From the IMG/VR virus record IMGVR_UViG_3300045008_000062, positions 1 through 62,926 of that record: a stretch of DNA of 62,926 bases; one strand, given 5' to 3'. Positions within the stretch are counted from its first letter, which is position 1. Each line of letters starts with the position of its first letter. The DNA is from a virus (lineage: Duplodnaviria > Caudoviricetes). Under the pieces are notes generated by a model. That model saw only the letters and a list, made by a program, of their open reading frames with translations, did no database searches and was not told the origin of the DNA. Positions 18,519 through 28,205 of this stretch are shown one piece after another. The translations under genes were made by a program, and so were the position numbers.

Positions 18519-19472
18519 GTGCCGTACAACAATCTGACCTCTCGGAGCGATGCTGAGGCGTTGATCCCGCAGGAAGTGTCGAACGAATTCCTCGGCTATG
18601 CCGCCAAGGAGTCCGCCGCTCTGACGCAGTTCCGCCGTGTCCCGGTCGCCGGTAAGCAGGTCCGTTTCCCGGTCCTGTCGGCGCTGCCGCTGGCGTACTT
18701 CGTCAACGGTGACACCGGGCTGAAGCAGACCACCGAGGTGGGCTGGGCGAACAAGTACCTCAACATCGAGGAGATCGCCACCATCGTGCCGATCCCGGAG
18801 AACGTCGTGGACGACATCCGCGACGCCGGGAATATCGACATCTGGTCGGAGATCCAGCCGGCCGTGGTGGAGGCCATCGGTCGCACCATCGACGCCGCGG
18901 TGTTCCTGGGCACGAACTCGCCTGGTACGTGGCCGACGCCGATCCTGACCGCCGCCACTGCCGCGGACAACGATGTGCCGGAGGGGTCCACCGCCGCTGA
19001 GGGTGGGTTCTACAACGACATCGACAACGTCCTCGCCGTGGTGGAGGAGGACGGCTTCGACGTGACCGGTTTTGTCGCGGCCCGCACTGCGAAGGGCAAG
19101 CTGCGCGCCGCCCGCAACGCGCAGGGTGACCGGCTCGACGCGACCCGCACCGACGCCGCTCTGTCCACCATCGACGGGCTGCCGGTGTCGTACCCGATGC
19201 GGGGCTTGTTCCCGAGCAATGTTCGGCTGTTCGCCGGGGACTGGTCGCAGTTCGTGATCGGTGTCCGCCAGGACGTGACGTTCAAACTCCTGACTGAGGC
19301 TGTCATTCAGGACAACACGGGCGCCATCGTCTACAACCTGGCCCAGCAGGACATGGTGGCGATGCGAATCAAGATCCGTGTCGGCTGGCAGGTCGCCAAC
19401 CTCATCAACAACGACCAGCCCGTCGAGGATGACCGCTACCCGGTCGGTGTTCTGACGGTCGACGGCAGCTAA
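18519..19472 (+). CDS. Major capsid protein (HK97 fold)
   Basis: AAGGAG RBS; 'LIPQE','GDWSQ','NLAQQDMVAMR'; strong GC3 bias. Confidence 0.93.
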   Translation: MPYNNLTSRSDAEALIPQEVSNEFLGYAAKESAALTQFRRVPVAGKQVRFPVLSALPLAYFVNGDTGLKQTTEVGWANKYLNIEEIATIVPIPENVVDDIRDAGNIDIWSEIQPAVVEAIGRTIDAAVFLGTNSPGTWPTPILTAATAADNDVPEGSTAAEGGFYNDIDNVLAVVEEDGFDVTGFVAARTAKGKLRAARNAQGDRLDATRTDAALSTIDGLPVSYPMRGLFPSNVRLFAGDWSQFVIGVRQDVTFKLLTEAVIQDNTGAIVYNLAQQDMVAMRIKIRVGWQVANLINNDQPVEDDRYPVGVLTVDGS

Positions 19473-19489
19473 GGGAAAGGAACACGGCC

Positions 19490-19630
19490 ATGGCTGAATC
19501 GAAGAAGGCGCCGGAGTCCGAGGAGGACAAGGGATACCGCGGCGTTCAGGTCGACGAGACCCCGAACGAGAACTACACCGTCGCGGGTGTTCTCGCCGGT
19601 AAGCCCACCCCGGAGACGGACTCCAAGTAG
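19490..19630 (+). CDS. Small 46-aa virion-associated protein (not in ORF track)
   Basis: GAAAGGA RBS; MAESKK...GYRGVQVDETPNENYTVAGV. Confidence 0.7.
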   Translation: MAESKKAPESEEDKGYRGVQVDETPNENYTVAGVLAGKPTPETDSK

Positions 19631-20058
19631 TGAAGTTCGCCGACCAGGCTGACGTGACCAGCCGGTTCGAGGGAACGTTTCCTTCGGACCGGCTGGCATG
19701 GGTGGGCGTCCGCATCGGCGATGTGGAGAACGCACTCATGGGCGTCATCCCTGAACTGCGGAAGCCTCTCGCTGAGATTCAGGAGCGGGCTGAAGCGCGC
19801 GGGGACGCTGGGTATGTGGACCGTGTCATCACGTTGGTGTGTGACAAGGTTCTTCAGTTGTACCGCAACCCGTCTGGTGCGGTGCAGCGCTCTCAAACAG
19901 TGGACGACGTGTCTGAGTCGTGGTCTTTGCAGCGACCTATTTCTCAGGCCACGATTTCGTTCAGCCTTGATGAGTTGGCTTCTGTGCAGTTCACGGAATG
20001 CTCCCCGCGTTCGGTGCGGTTGGTGGCGTGGACTGACGACAAGTGGTCGACGTGCTGA
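19630..20058 (+). CDS. Head-to-tail adaptor
   Basis: Position; 'LYRNPSG...SQT' motif. Confidence 0.75.
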   Translation: MKFADQADVTSRFEGTFPSDRLAWVGVRIGDVENALMGVIPELRKPLAEIQERAEARGDAGYVDRVITLVCDKVLQLYRNPSGAVQRSQTVDDVSESWSLQRPISQATISFSLDELASVQFTECSPRSVRLVAWTDDKWSTC

Positions 20059-20462
20059 ACATTCCGGGAGAGTTCGGTCGGCAGACTGTCGGGTTCGTCA
20101 CTGTCACCGATTCGGGTACGCCGGGCTATCTGGGTGTTGTGGAGCAGGCCCGCGCCGTGACGACGATGTCCGGGGTTCGGTTCCGCCCGTTGAACACTGA
20201 AGAAGCCGCTGGTTTGACCAGTGAGCTCAAAGGGTTGACCACCATTGCGGATGAGGTGTGGAAGTTGACTGCCCCCGCGGCGGCGGCTTCGCTGGCGGCG
20301 CAGTCCACGGGGGAGATCGTCTACGACGGCACCGCCAACCCTATGTGGGATGACGACGACAACTCCAACGTCTTCCAGGTTGAAGGGTTCAATCAGCCCA
20401 AGCCCGGAATGTATGGCGGGGTTCATCACGTCACCATTCTGTGTTCGCGGCAGAGGTCGTGA
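20052..20462 (+). CDS. Head-to-tail stopper
   Basis: Position, size, beta-rich. Confidence 0.7.
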   Translation: MLNIPGEFGRQTVGFVTVTDSGTPGYLGVVEQARAVTTMSGVRFRPLNTEEAAGLTSELKGLTTIADEVWKLTAPAAAASLAAQSTGEIVYDGTANPMWDDDDNSNVFQVEGFNQPKPGMYGGVHHVTILCSRQRS

Positions 20463-20827
20463 TGGCGAACCCTCTGTTCCGGTTCGGCGTTTCGGATGCG
20501 GAGTTAGCGCAAGCTATCGCCACCTCCAGCGAGGTTGACGCCGGGCTGAAGGAAGAGGCCCAGAAAGTCGCCGACTACTGGGTTGATCAGTCCCCTGTCG
20601 ATGAAGGGGACTACGCGGCGTCGGTGAAGGTGTTGAGTGTCCGTCACGGTAAAGCGGTGGTGGGGACGAAGCATTGGAAAGCCCACATGATCGAGTTCGG
20701 CACAAAAGCCGACCCGCAGGACTCCGAATCCCCATTCGGCCCTGATACTCCCACTCCGGCGTTTGCGGTGGGGCAGAGGGTTGCTGAGCATTTCGGCGGG
20801 GATCTGACCGGGGATGGCCTTGAATGA
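20462..20827 (+). CDS. HK97 gp10-like neck protein
   Basis: 'SPVDEGDY','AHMIEFGT','TPAFA'. Confidence 0.75.
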   Translation: MANPLFRFGVSDAELAQAIATSSEVDAGLKEEAQKVADYWVDQSPVDEGDYAASVKVLSVRHGKAVVGTKHWKAHMIEFGTKADPQDSESPFGPDTPTPAFAVGQRVAEHFGGDLTGDGLE

Positions 20828-21261
20828 GCGCACCCCTCTTCGGTGAGGACGCCCCCGACGCTGAGGATTTCGTGGTGTCGTGGCTGCAACCTCTGCTGCG
20901 GTCGGGTGTGGAGAGGCGTCAAAGCGACCCGTGGCCGTTCGCTCTGGTGCAGCGCATCTCAGGTCTGGACAACCCGGAAGCCGGGCTGGATGACCCGGTG
21001 ATACAGATCGACATTCTCCACAAGGTGAAATCCGGTACTGTTCCTGTCTCGGTTGCGGGTAAGCAGTGGGCCAACGACGTTCACCGACGAATGACACTGC
21101 TGGGGTTGACATACCCTGACGTGACTTTGTCTGACGGCAGTGTCGCCGGGATTGATTACCTTACGGTGTTGATTCGCCCGCGCCGCGAACCATTCGGCGA
21201 CGAAACCGTCGCCCGCTATGTGGCCCGCTACAAGCTGGGCCTCTCTTACGTCGCAGCCTAA
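20824..21261 (+). CDS. Tail terminator
   Basis: 'PFALVQRISG.D', C-terminal 'RYVARY'. Confidence 0.75.
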   Translation: MSAPLFGEDAPDAEDFVVSWLQPLLRSGVERRQSDPWPFALVQRISGLDNPEAGLDDPVIQIDILHKVKSGTVPVSVAGKQWANDVHRRMTLLGLTYPDVTLSDGSVAGIDYLTVLIRPRREPFGDETVARYVARYKLGLSYVAA

Positions 21262-22010
21262 GACGCCAGTGGTGTGGTGGGGCTGAATGGCCAGGTAGCG
21301 CATTTGCTGGTGTTGCAGCGCGCGCAGGCTGGACGAAGATTCGAAAGGCAGTCCATGCCCCCCTTCGCCAGGGGTTTGACGTGGTCCATATGAACAGTGC
21401 CCTCAATGGGGCGCCTGCAAATCCAGCACTGGCCGCCCCAGTACGCGATCTTTTCTTTCACCTGCGAAGGGGTGTAAGGAATGCGCTGTGCGCCACGCTT
21501 GCGTGCGCGCCAACGCGCGACGTACGCGCTGTTATGGGTCGGGTTCTCAGCACGAAACTTGCGCCGACTCTCCCGCCTCTTCTCACGCCACAAGTCTGGG
21601 TTGAGGCTCCGGCGCTTGGCATCTCGAAGGCGACGCCTCTCGCGATCTGCATCTGTTTGAACCCTGTTTGGGTACCTGTATTTGGGGCGGTTGCGCTCGT
21701 ACCAGTCGCTTTCGGAGTAATAGACCTTGGCCTTGGAGTTTCGGCAGGGCTTGCAATAGCAGTTGTATCCATCCGTCCGAGTTCTGGAACGCCCGAAGTC
21801 GTTGAGCGGCTTCGCCATCTTGCAGCAACTGCAGATCTTCAGCCCATCTAAAGTCGGCTCGAAGTTACGAGCAGCGCGCGCCTTCGCTTGGGATCGAGTT
21901 CGTGCGTTCTTGCAGGGCTTGCAGTAGTAGCAGAGTCCATCCTTCTTCTTCCCGTCCCGATGAAAGTCGGTGTACGGCTTCAGTTCACCGCAGTCGCGAC
22001 AGGTCTTCAT
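21258..22010 (-). CDS. HNH endonuclease with two N-terminal zinc-ribbon repeats
   Basis: KxCxxC...F......DG...YCKPC twice; 'CWIC....HMDHVKPLAKGG....NLRPACARCNTSK'. Confidence 0.9.
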   Translation of the reverse strand: MKTCRDCGELKPYTDFHRDGKKKDGLCYYCKPCKNARTRSQAKARAARNFEPTLDGLKICSCCKMAKPLNDFGRSRTRTDGYNCYCKPCRNSKAKVYYSESDWYERNRPKYRYPNRVQTDADRERRRLRDAKRRSLNPDLWREKRRESRRKFRAENPTHNSAYVARWRARKRGAQRIPYTPSQVKEKIAYWGGQCWICRRPIEGTVHMDHVKPLAKGGMDCLSNLRPACARCNTSKCATWPFSPTTPLAS

Positions 22011-22162
22011 TGGCCTGCGTAGGCCTGCCTGATCGCCTCAATGACGAGGTCACGCTTACTCCGCCCGGTCTCATAGGCCAAGCGGTGTAGGAGTTCGGCG
22101 ACATCCAGCGGCAACTTGATCGCAAAATTCGTCGGCGGCCGACGGCCAGAAAAAGACGACAT
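22007..22162 (-). CDS. Ribbon-helix-helix (CopG-like) DNA-binding protein
   Basis: 'NFAIKLPLDVAELLHRLAYETGRSKRDLVIEAI' RHH pattern; ATGA-coupled to the HNH. Confidence 0.8.
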   Translation of the reverse strand: MSSFSGRRPPTNFAIKLPLDVAELLHRLAYETGRSKRDLVIEAIRQAYAGQ

Positions 22163-22182
22163 GTAACCAAGTTTACATGTCG
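22157..22182. promoter_or_regulatory. Palindromic operator CGACATGTAA-N6-TTACATGTCG overlapping the RHH start and -10
   Basis: Perfect 10-bp inverted repeat; minus-strand TAAACT lies 7 nt upstream of the ATG (leaderless). Confidence 0.7.
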
Positions 22183-22228
22183 AAACCGCCAAACATGTGG
22201 ATTGCTAACCCAATACAAGGAGAACTAA

Positions 22229-23050
22229 ATGACGCAGCCCGCAGTCGGCACGACAATGTCAGCCGGCGGATTCCTCGACATTCATCGCCCCTTCATTGAG
22301 CGCGGCGGCGCGCAGGCGGTGTTCATCCGCGATAACCGTGGTTCTGCCACGGACATGTCGCCGTTCACCGCGTTGGGTGCGGTGAACTGGTCGCCGTTCG
22401 CGCAGGACGGTCAGCCCCGCGACGACCTGCTGATCCGTAAGCGGGTCAGCGGCAAGTTCGAGTATGTGGCCGCCGCTAACGACGGGTGGTTCCGTGTCGG
22501 CGCCCAGACCGATGATGGTGGCGCTGAGCGTGAACCCGACACCACCTCCGACGACATGATGGTGTTGCAGTCGAAGTTCCCGGTCGACTCGGAGACCACG
22601 GAGAAGGCGTACACGGTTCGGTTTGTGGCGGCGGAGACGGCGGACCCGCTGATCCACCGCCTCGAAGATGAACTCCCCCTGTGCGACAGCGCGGGAACAC
22701 CTTTGGTGCCGTTGCCGGGTGAGCCGGACTACTTCTCCGGCCCCACCGTCGATTTGGAGGCCACCGCCGAATACCAGATCGGCCTGCTGTACGCGCGCCG
22801 CACGTCGGGCGGGTTCATCTACCGTTTCGAGGGTTACCCGGCGTGCAAGCTGGACTCGCAGGCGTCGAAGCAGCGGTCCAAGACCGACCCGGACACCGCG
22901 GACCTCACCTACAAGGTGCTGCCGAACGAGTACTTCATGCGCCCCGATCCGCTGTGGGACGGGGTCGGTAACCCGCCTCTGGTTCCCGGCTATTTCGGTG
23001 TGTGGTTCGGCGGACCCGGCTGGGACGCCCAGTACTCCGAAGGTTCGTAA
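22229..23050 (+). CDS. Major tail protein
   Basis: AAGGAG RBS; position before chaperones and tape measure. Confidence 0.85.
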   Translation: MTQPAVGTTMSAGGFLDIHRPFIERGGAQAVFIRDNRGSATDMSPFTALGAVNWSPFAQDGQPRDDLLIRKRVSGKFEYVAAANDGWFRVGAQTDDGGAEREPDTTSDDMMVLQSKFPVDSETTEKAYTVRFVAAETADPLIHRLEDELPLCDSAGTPLVPLPGEPDYFSGPTVDLEATAEYQIGLLYARRTSGGFIYRFEGYPACKLDSQASKQRSKTDPDTADLTYKVLPNEYFMRPDPLWDGVGNPPLVPGYFGVWFGGPGWDAQYSEGS

Positions 23051-23155
23051 CTAAGACCTCACCGGGTGGGCGTGGGGCGGTTTGGCGGCCGCCCTGGGCT
23101 AGCGCCCGCCCGGTGAGCCGCCATTTCTGTCGCCAAGCCCGAAAGGAAGCCCAAA

Positions 23156-23665
23156 GTGTCCGACAACGAAATCTCCGAGGACGTCAAGAAGCGGCACGTC
23201 ATCAACGCCGCCGATGCGCGCGCGCAAGCCTCCGAGGGAACGTACGGGTTCCTCAAGAGCGAGTTCCGCCGCGCGAAACCCACTTCTGAGTATCCCGACG
23301 GGGAAGTGTTCGAGATCCCCCACAAAGACCTGTTCGACTTGGATCAGCAGGAACGCTGGGATGATTTGCAGGACGAGATGCGCACCTGCTACGAGCACGA
23401 CCCGGACGTGTTGGCGCCGAACGGTTCTCTGATCGCGAAGGGTCAACTCGTGTATCCGCACCGCTGGGCGAAGACCACAGAGAAGGGCAAGAAGGGGGAG
23501 CGGGTCAAACCGTCCTGGCCTGAACGGTTGGCGATTGTGTTGTGGGGTGAGGATGGGGCGGCGCGGGCGAAGGCCGGCGGAGTCCTGTTCAACGAAATCG
23601 AATTGGTGTGGGCTAAGCAGCGTCTCGCGCTTGAGGAGCGTCAGAAGTCCGACCCCAAAAGTTGA
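23156..23665 (+). CDS. Tail assembly chaperone (G)
   Basis: GAAAGGA RBS; ends GAC CCC AAA AGT TGA. Confidence 0.85.
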   Translation: MSDNEISEDVKKRHVINAADARAQASEGTYGFLKSEFRRAKPTSEYPDGEVFEIPHKDLFDLDQQERWDDLQDEMRTCYEHDPDVLAPNGSLIAKGQLVYPHRWAKTTEKGKKGERVKPSWPERLAIVLWGEDGAARAKAGGVLFNEIELVWAKQRLALEERQKSDPKS

Positions 23666-24050
23666 GCTCGCCATCGCGGTGTGGCGTCAGGAACCCACCG
23701 CGATAGAAGCCGAGCTGATCGACCGCGGCCTAGACATCCTCGACTGGCACACAGGACGCATGTCGTCTCGCCGCCTACTGGTTCTGCTTGAGCATCCCAA
23801 ATCGGCGGATTCTCCGTATGCGCGTGCGATGCGTGACGGGGAGTGGCCGGAGTGGATGGAAATGCTCAAGGAACTCCACAAAGAACTAGCCCTATATCGG
23901 GCGTCTTGGTATGTGGGGAAGAAGGGCGAGTACAAGCCGAAGGTGTTCCTGAATTGGAAGGAACGCCAACAGCGTTACGACGAGATGCAGGACCTTGAGG
24001 CACGTCAGGCCGAGGTCGATGAAGAACTCGAATCCATTGGTTGGGGCTAG
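23156..24050 (+). CDS. Tail assembly chaperone (GT), programmed frameshift at CCCCAAAA 23653-23660
   Basis: Downstream ORF has no own RBS/start, lies in the +1 frame and ends just before the tape measure. Confidence 0.75.
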
Positions 24051-24059
24051 AAGGGTGGT

Positions 24060-27000
24060 GTGTCTGTGCCGATTACTTTGAAAGTTGCGGCGCAGGCCGA
24101 CAACCGCTCGTTCAAGCAGGCCGCCGACCAGGCGGAGCGGGTTTTCGCCGATGCGGGTAAGGCGGCTTCTGGGTCGTTCGCGAAGTCGTTCGGTCAGGGT
24201 TCGAAAGAGGTCAAGCAGGCTGTCTCCCAGTACGCGAAAGCGTATGACGCTGTGGCGGATGCTACGGGCAAGGCCACGGTGGCGGAGAAGCAACGCCAGC
24301 AGGCGGTGCAGAAGTCTGAGCAGTTGGCGAAGCAGGCCGCCGCCGCGGAGAAGAAACTAAACGCGGCCCGCGACGCCGGGGACACCAAAGCTGTCACGTC
24401 CGCGGAGAAGGAGTTGGAGAGGGTGCGGGATCAGCAGGCCCGCACCACCACTCAAGTTGTCCGCTCCGCTGAGGCTGCTAGTAGGGCTCGACGTCAGGAG
24501 CAGCGGGAAACCCGCGAAGCCGTCCAGGCGTATCGGGAGTTGCAGAACGCCCAAGTGAGGGCTTCCCAGGGTGGTTCCACCCGGATGGCGGGCGGGATCT
24601 TCTCCGGCATCACCAGCCAATCCTCCGGTGTGGTGGGGCAGTTCACCTCTATCGGCGGGTCGGCGGGTAAAGCGTTCGTCGGTGGCGCGGTCGCGGCGAT
24701 TGTGGCGGGCGGCCTGGTCTCTGCGGGGGCTAAGGCCGCGGGGATGGTGCTGGACGGCTTCAAATCCGTCATGGACACCGGGATCGATTTCTCGAAGACG
24801 GTCAACAACTTCCAAGGCGTCACGGAGTCCTCCCCGGCGCAGACGGAGAAGATGGCCGCCGCCGCTCGGGCGTTGGGTGCGGACACCACCATGGCCGGGG
24901 TTTCGGCCTCGGACGCGGCGAAAGCCATGACGGAGCTCGCTAAGGCCGGGTTCACGGTGGATGAGGCGATCACCGCGGCCCGCGGGACGATGGCGTTGGC
25001 GACTGCCGGGCAGATCGACGCCGCGCAAGCCGCCGAGATTCAAGCTTCCGCGATCAACGCGTTCAACCTTGACCCGCTCAACGATGCGGCGAGGGTGGCG
25101 GATGTGTTGGCGAACGCCGCGGTGGGTTCCGCTGCTGATATCCCAGATTTGGCTCAGGCGTTGCAGCAGGTCGGCGGTGTCGCGCAGGGATTCGGCGCGG
25201 ACATTGAAAGCACTGTCGCGGCGTTGGGGATGTTGGCGAACGCCGGCATCAAGGGCTCCGACGCCGGCACGCTGTTGAAAACCACGCTGCAGTCGATCAC
25301 CGACCAGGGCAATCCAGCGCAGGAGGCGATCAGGAACCTCGGTTTGAGTCTGTATGACTTTGACACGGGGGAGTTCGTCGGGTTCCGGGAGTTGTTCCGC
25401 CAGTTGGACGAAGCCCGTAGCCGTTTGCGGCCGCAGGACTTCCAGGCGCAGACGAACATTCTGTTCGGATCGGACGCGATGCGCTCCGCCATGTTGGGGA
25501 CCGTCGCGGACTTCGACCAGATGGAAGCCGTCATCGGCCGTGTCGGCACGGCCGGGAATATGGCGAAAGCGCAGATGCAGGGCTGGCCCGGAATCATGGA
25601 GGGCGTTTCGAACTCCACCGAGGCGTTGAAGCTGTCCCTGTACGACATTTTCAACACCCCCGCCGGGCAGGAGTTCGGCAACAAGATCGTGGAATCCCTT
25701 GACGGTCTGGTGGATTGGGTGAACACCCACAAGCCAGAGATCATCGGGTTCGTCTCTGCTATCGGGTCGGCGGGCGCTTCCATCGCTGACACGTTCCTGA
25801 TGTTCGGCGCCCGCATCATGGACACCGGAGCCACCATGGTCGATTTCGTGAACATGGTGTTCACGTCGATGCTTGAAGGCGGATCGAAGACCGCGCAGTT
25901 GTTCGGCGGGATCATCAAGCATATCCCCGGCTTTCAAAGTGTCGGTGAGGGCATCGAGGACATGGGGGCGAAGTTCGACAACGCCGCCGACAAACTTCAA
26001 GCCCTCCCAGGGCAGATGCGGACCGCCGCGAACGGACTCGACTCGTTCCGCGAAGGCATCCGGGGGATGCGCGACGACTTCGTCGGCTCCATGGGGGAGA
26101 TGGCGTTAGCGGAGCAGAAGAACCGCTTCTACGCGCAGTCGTTCAAGCAGATCCAATCCGCGGTGGAGCTGATCCCCGAAACCAAGCAGATTGTGGTTCA
26201 GGACAACTCGCCGGAGGTTCGGCAGAAACTCATCCAGTTGGGGTTCGCCGTTCAGGAGTTGCCGAACGGGAAACTGGTCATCAACGTCGAGTACCGCGAT
26301 CCCAGTGGGAAGCTGGTCGACCCGTCCCAGTTGGGGGTTTCTCAAAGGCAGTTGGATGACCGGGATTCCCGCCAGCACGACTGGGGTATCGACCCGCCCG
26401 CCGGGCCGGCACCCTTGGGAACGCAGTCCATCCCCGCAGGTGGGGGTTCCTCATCTTTGCCTGACGCCCCGGTGTTGCCGATCAACTACACCAACACTGC
26501 GGGGATGACCGCCGAGTTGGCGTCGGCGCAGAACCGGGTAGATGAAACCCGCCACACGTTGGCGGAGAAGCAAGCGAGGCTGAATCAGCTTCTCGAGTCC
26601 GGCGTCGCGGATGAGGCTGAGATTCAGAAGGCCCGCAACGACGTCGCGAAGGCAGGGCAGGACGCCAACGAGGCGCAGATGCGGTTCGTGGACGCGCAGA
26701 GGAAGGTCAGCGAGAAGCAGTCCAACCAGCTCAAGGGTGCCACCACGGATTTGAATGAGTTCGGTGCCCAACTGGATTCCGACTTCGGGATTTCGAAGGG
26801 TTTGGCTGGCATCGCGGACAACCTGGTGAGGTTCCTCGGCGCGCTGGCTCTGGCGGGTCCGGTGGCGAAGCTGCAGCAGATCTCCGACGCTGCCGGGGAT
26901 GAGGGCTCCGGCCTGATGGGGATACTCGCCTCCAATGGGGCGTTCGGGGAACAATTCCTACCCAACCGCGGCGCGGCGGCGCCGACTGGGTCTGCGACAC

Positions 27001-28205
27001 CTGGTGTTGGTGCACCATTGTCAGGCATTCCGCAGTCAAGTTTCAGCGACGCCAACTTGCAGCCTAACGCGGCGCGGCTGAACGACGTGATCGCAGCGAT
27101 GTTCCCGGCAATCACTGACATCGGTGGGTATCGGGCCAGTGACCCCTACCCGGATCATCCGTCGGGGCGCGCCCTGGACATCATGATCCCCGGCTACGAC
27201 ACGCCGCAGGGCAAGGCGTATGGCGATGCCATAAACCAGTTCCTCCACGCGAATGCCGCTGCACTGGGAATTGATTCGACGATCTGGCGGCAGCAGTACC
27301 AGCCTGCGGGCGGGGCGCCGTCAACGATGGAAGATCGCGGATCACCCACGCAGAACCATATGGATCACATCCATGCTCTGACAACCGCAGGACAGTCAGG
27401 GTCGGGGGTAGTGTCCATGCCAGTCGGAGGTCCTGCGCCCGTCACCGCCCCGTCAGCCGCGGGGAGTTTCGGCGGCATCCCCGTCCCCCTCCCTGTGATC
27501 ATCGTTGGCGGATTTCCGGCGACTGCCACCGCTGGCGGCGGGCTCGTCACCCCCCCGGGAACTCCCGGATTCACCCCCACCCCCGGCGCTGCCCCTGGTG
27601 GCCCCGGTGTAGCACCGTCGTCCACTCCTCTTCCTCCGCTGCCCACGTCGATCCCCGGTGGGGCTGCTGGGGGGCCGTTGGGTACTGGTTTCCCGCAAGG
27701 GCTCCCAGGTTTGGGCGGTCAGGCGTACCCCGCCCAAGGTGGCGAAGGCGGCGTCGGGATGGGTGGTATGGCGATGGATGCCGCGATGCTCGGAACCAGC
27801 GCCCTGGACATGATGGCCCCCGGCGCTGGCGCCGCCGCGAAGGTCGGCATCCAGTTGGCGAACCGAACGATCAAATACGCCGGGCAGGTCGCCGGCATCG
27901 GTGTTTCCGGTTTGTTGGAGACGTTCTCCCCCGCAGGGGACAACCCGAAGGCGTCTATCGGTAATTCTTGGCTGGGGAAGATCATGGGCGGCCTCGCCGG
28001 GGCGGCTCCTTCGCTGCCGAACATGGCGGGCGGGAAGAAACCCGACGCCATCGGCGGGGGTGACGCCCAGGCCGGGGCTAAGGCGGGCGGCAACACAATC
28101 AACAACACGCTGAACCTGACGAACAATCGGGCCACTGAGGACATGGCTGGTAATCAGGCCGTTCGGGAGATGGGCGCCATGTATGCACCCTCGGGTACGC
28201 AGTGA
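24060..28205 (+). CDS. Tape measure protein with embedded peptidoglycan-peptidase-like domain
   Basis: 1381 aa, Ala-rich; TP901-type core 'GIKGSDAGTLLK'; 'GGYR...DHPSGRALD...HMDHIH' domain. Confidence 0.95.
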   Translation: MSVPITLKVAAQADNRSFKQAADQAERVFADAGKAASGSFAKSFGQGSKEVKQAVSQYAKAYDAVADATGKATVAEKQRQQAVQKSEQLAKQAAAAEKKLNAARDAGDTKAVTSAEKELERVRDQQARTTTQVVRSAEAASRARRQEQRETREAVQAYRELQNAQVRASQGGSTRMAGGIFSGITSQSSGVVGQFTSIGGSAGKAFVGGAVAAIVAGGLVSAGAKAAGMVLDGFKSVMDTGIDFSKTVNNFQGVTESSPAQTEKMAAAARALGADTTMAGVSASDAAKAMTELAKAGFTVDEAITAARGTMALATAGQIDAAQAAEIQASAINAFNLDPLNDAARVADVLANAAVGSAADIPDLAQALQQVGGVAQGFGADIESTVAALGMLANAGIKGSDAGTLLKTTLQSITDQGNPAQEAIRNLGLSLYDFDTGEFVGFRELFRQLDEARSRLRPQDFQAQTNILFGSDAMRSAMLGTVADFDQMEAVIGRVGTAGNMAKAQMQGWPGIMEGVSNSTEALKLSLYDIFNTPAGQEFGNKIVESLDGLVDWVNTHKPEIIGFVSAIGSAGASIADTFLMFGARIMDTGATMVDFVNMVFTSMLEGGSKTAQLFGGIIKHIPGFQSVGEGIEDMGAKFDNAADKLQALPGQMRTAANGLDSFREGIRGMRDDFVGSMGEMALAEQKNRFYAQSFKQIQSAVELIPETKQIVVQDNSPEVRQKLIQLGFAVQELPNGKLVINVEYRDPSGKLVDPSQLGVSQRQLDDRDSRQHDWGIDPPAGPAPLGTQSIPAGGGSSSLPDAPVLPINYTNTAGMTAELASAQNRVDETRHTLAEKQARLNQLLESGVADEAEIQKARNDVAKAGQDANEAQMRFVDAQRKVSEKQSNQLKGATTDLNEFGAQLDSDFGISKGLAGIADNLVRFLGALALAGPVAKLQQISDAAGDEGSGLMGILASNGAFGEQFLPNRGAAAPTGSATPGVGAPLSGIPQSSFSDANLQPNAARLNDVIAAMFPAITDIGGYRASDPYPDHPSGRALDIMIPGYDTPQGKAYGDAINQFLHANAAALGIDSTIWRQQYQPAGGAPSTMEDRGSPTQNHMDHIHALTTAGQSGSGVVSMPVGGPAPVTAPSAAGSFGGIPVPLPVIIVGGFPATATAGGGLVTPPGTPGFTPTPGAAPGGPGVAPSSTPLPPLPTSIPGGAAGGPLGTGFPQGLPGLGGQAYPAQGGEGGVGMGGMAMDAAMLGTSALDMMAPGAGAAAKVGIQLANRTIKYAGQVAGIGVSGLLETFSPAGDNPKASIGNSWLGKIMGGLAGAAPSLPNMAGGKKPDAIGGGDAQAGAKAGGNTINNTLNLTNNRATEDMAGNQAVREMGAMYAPSGTQ

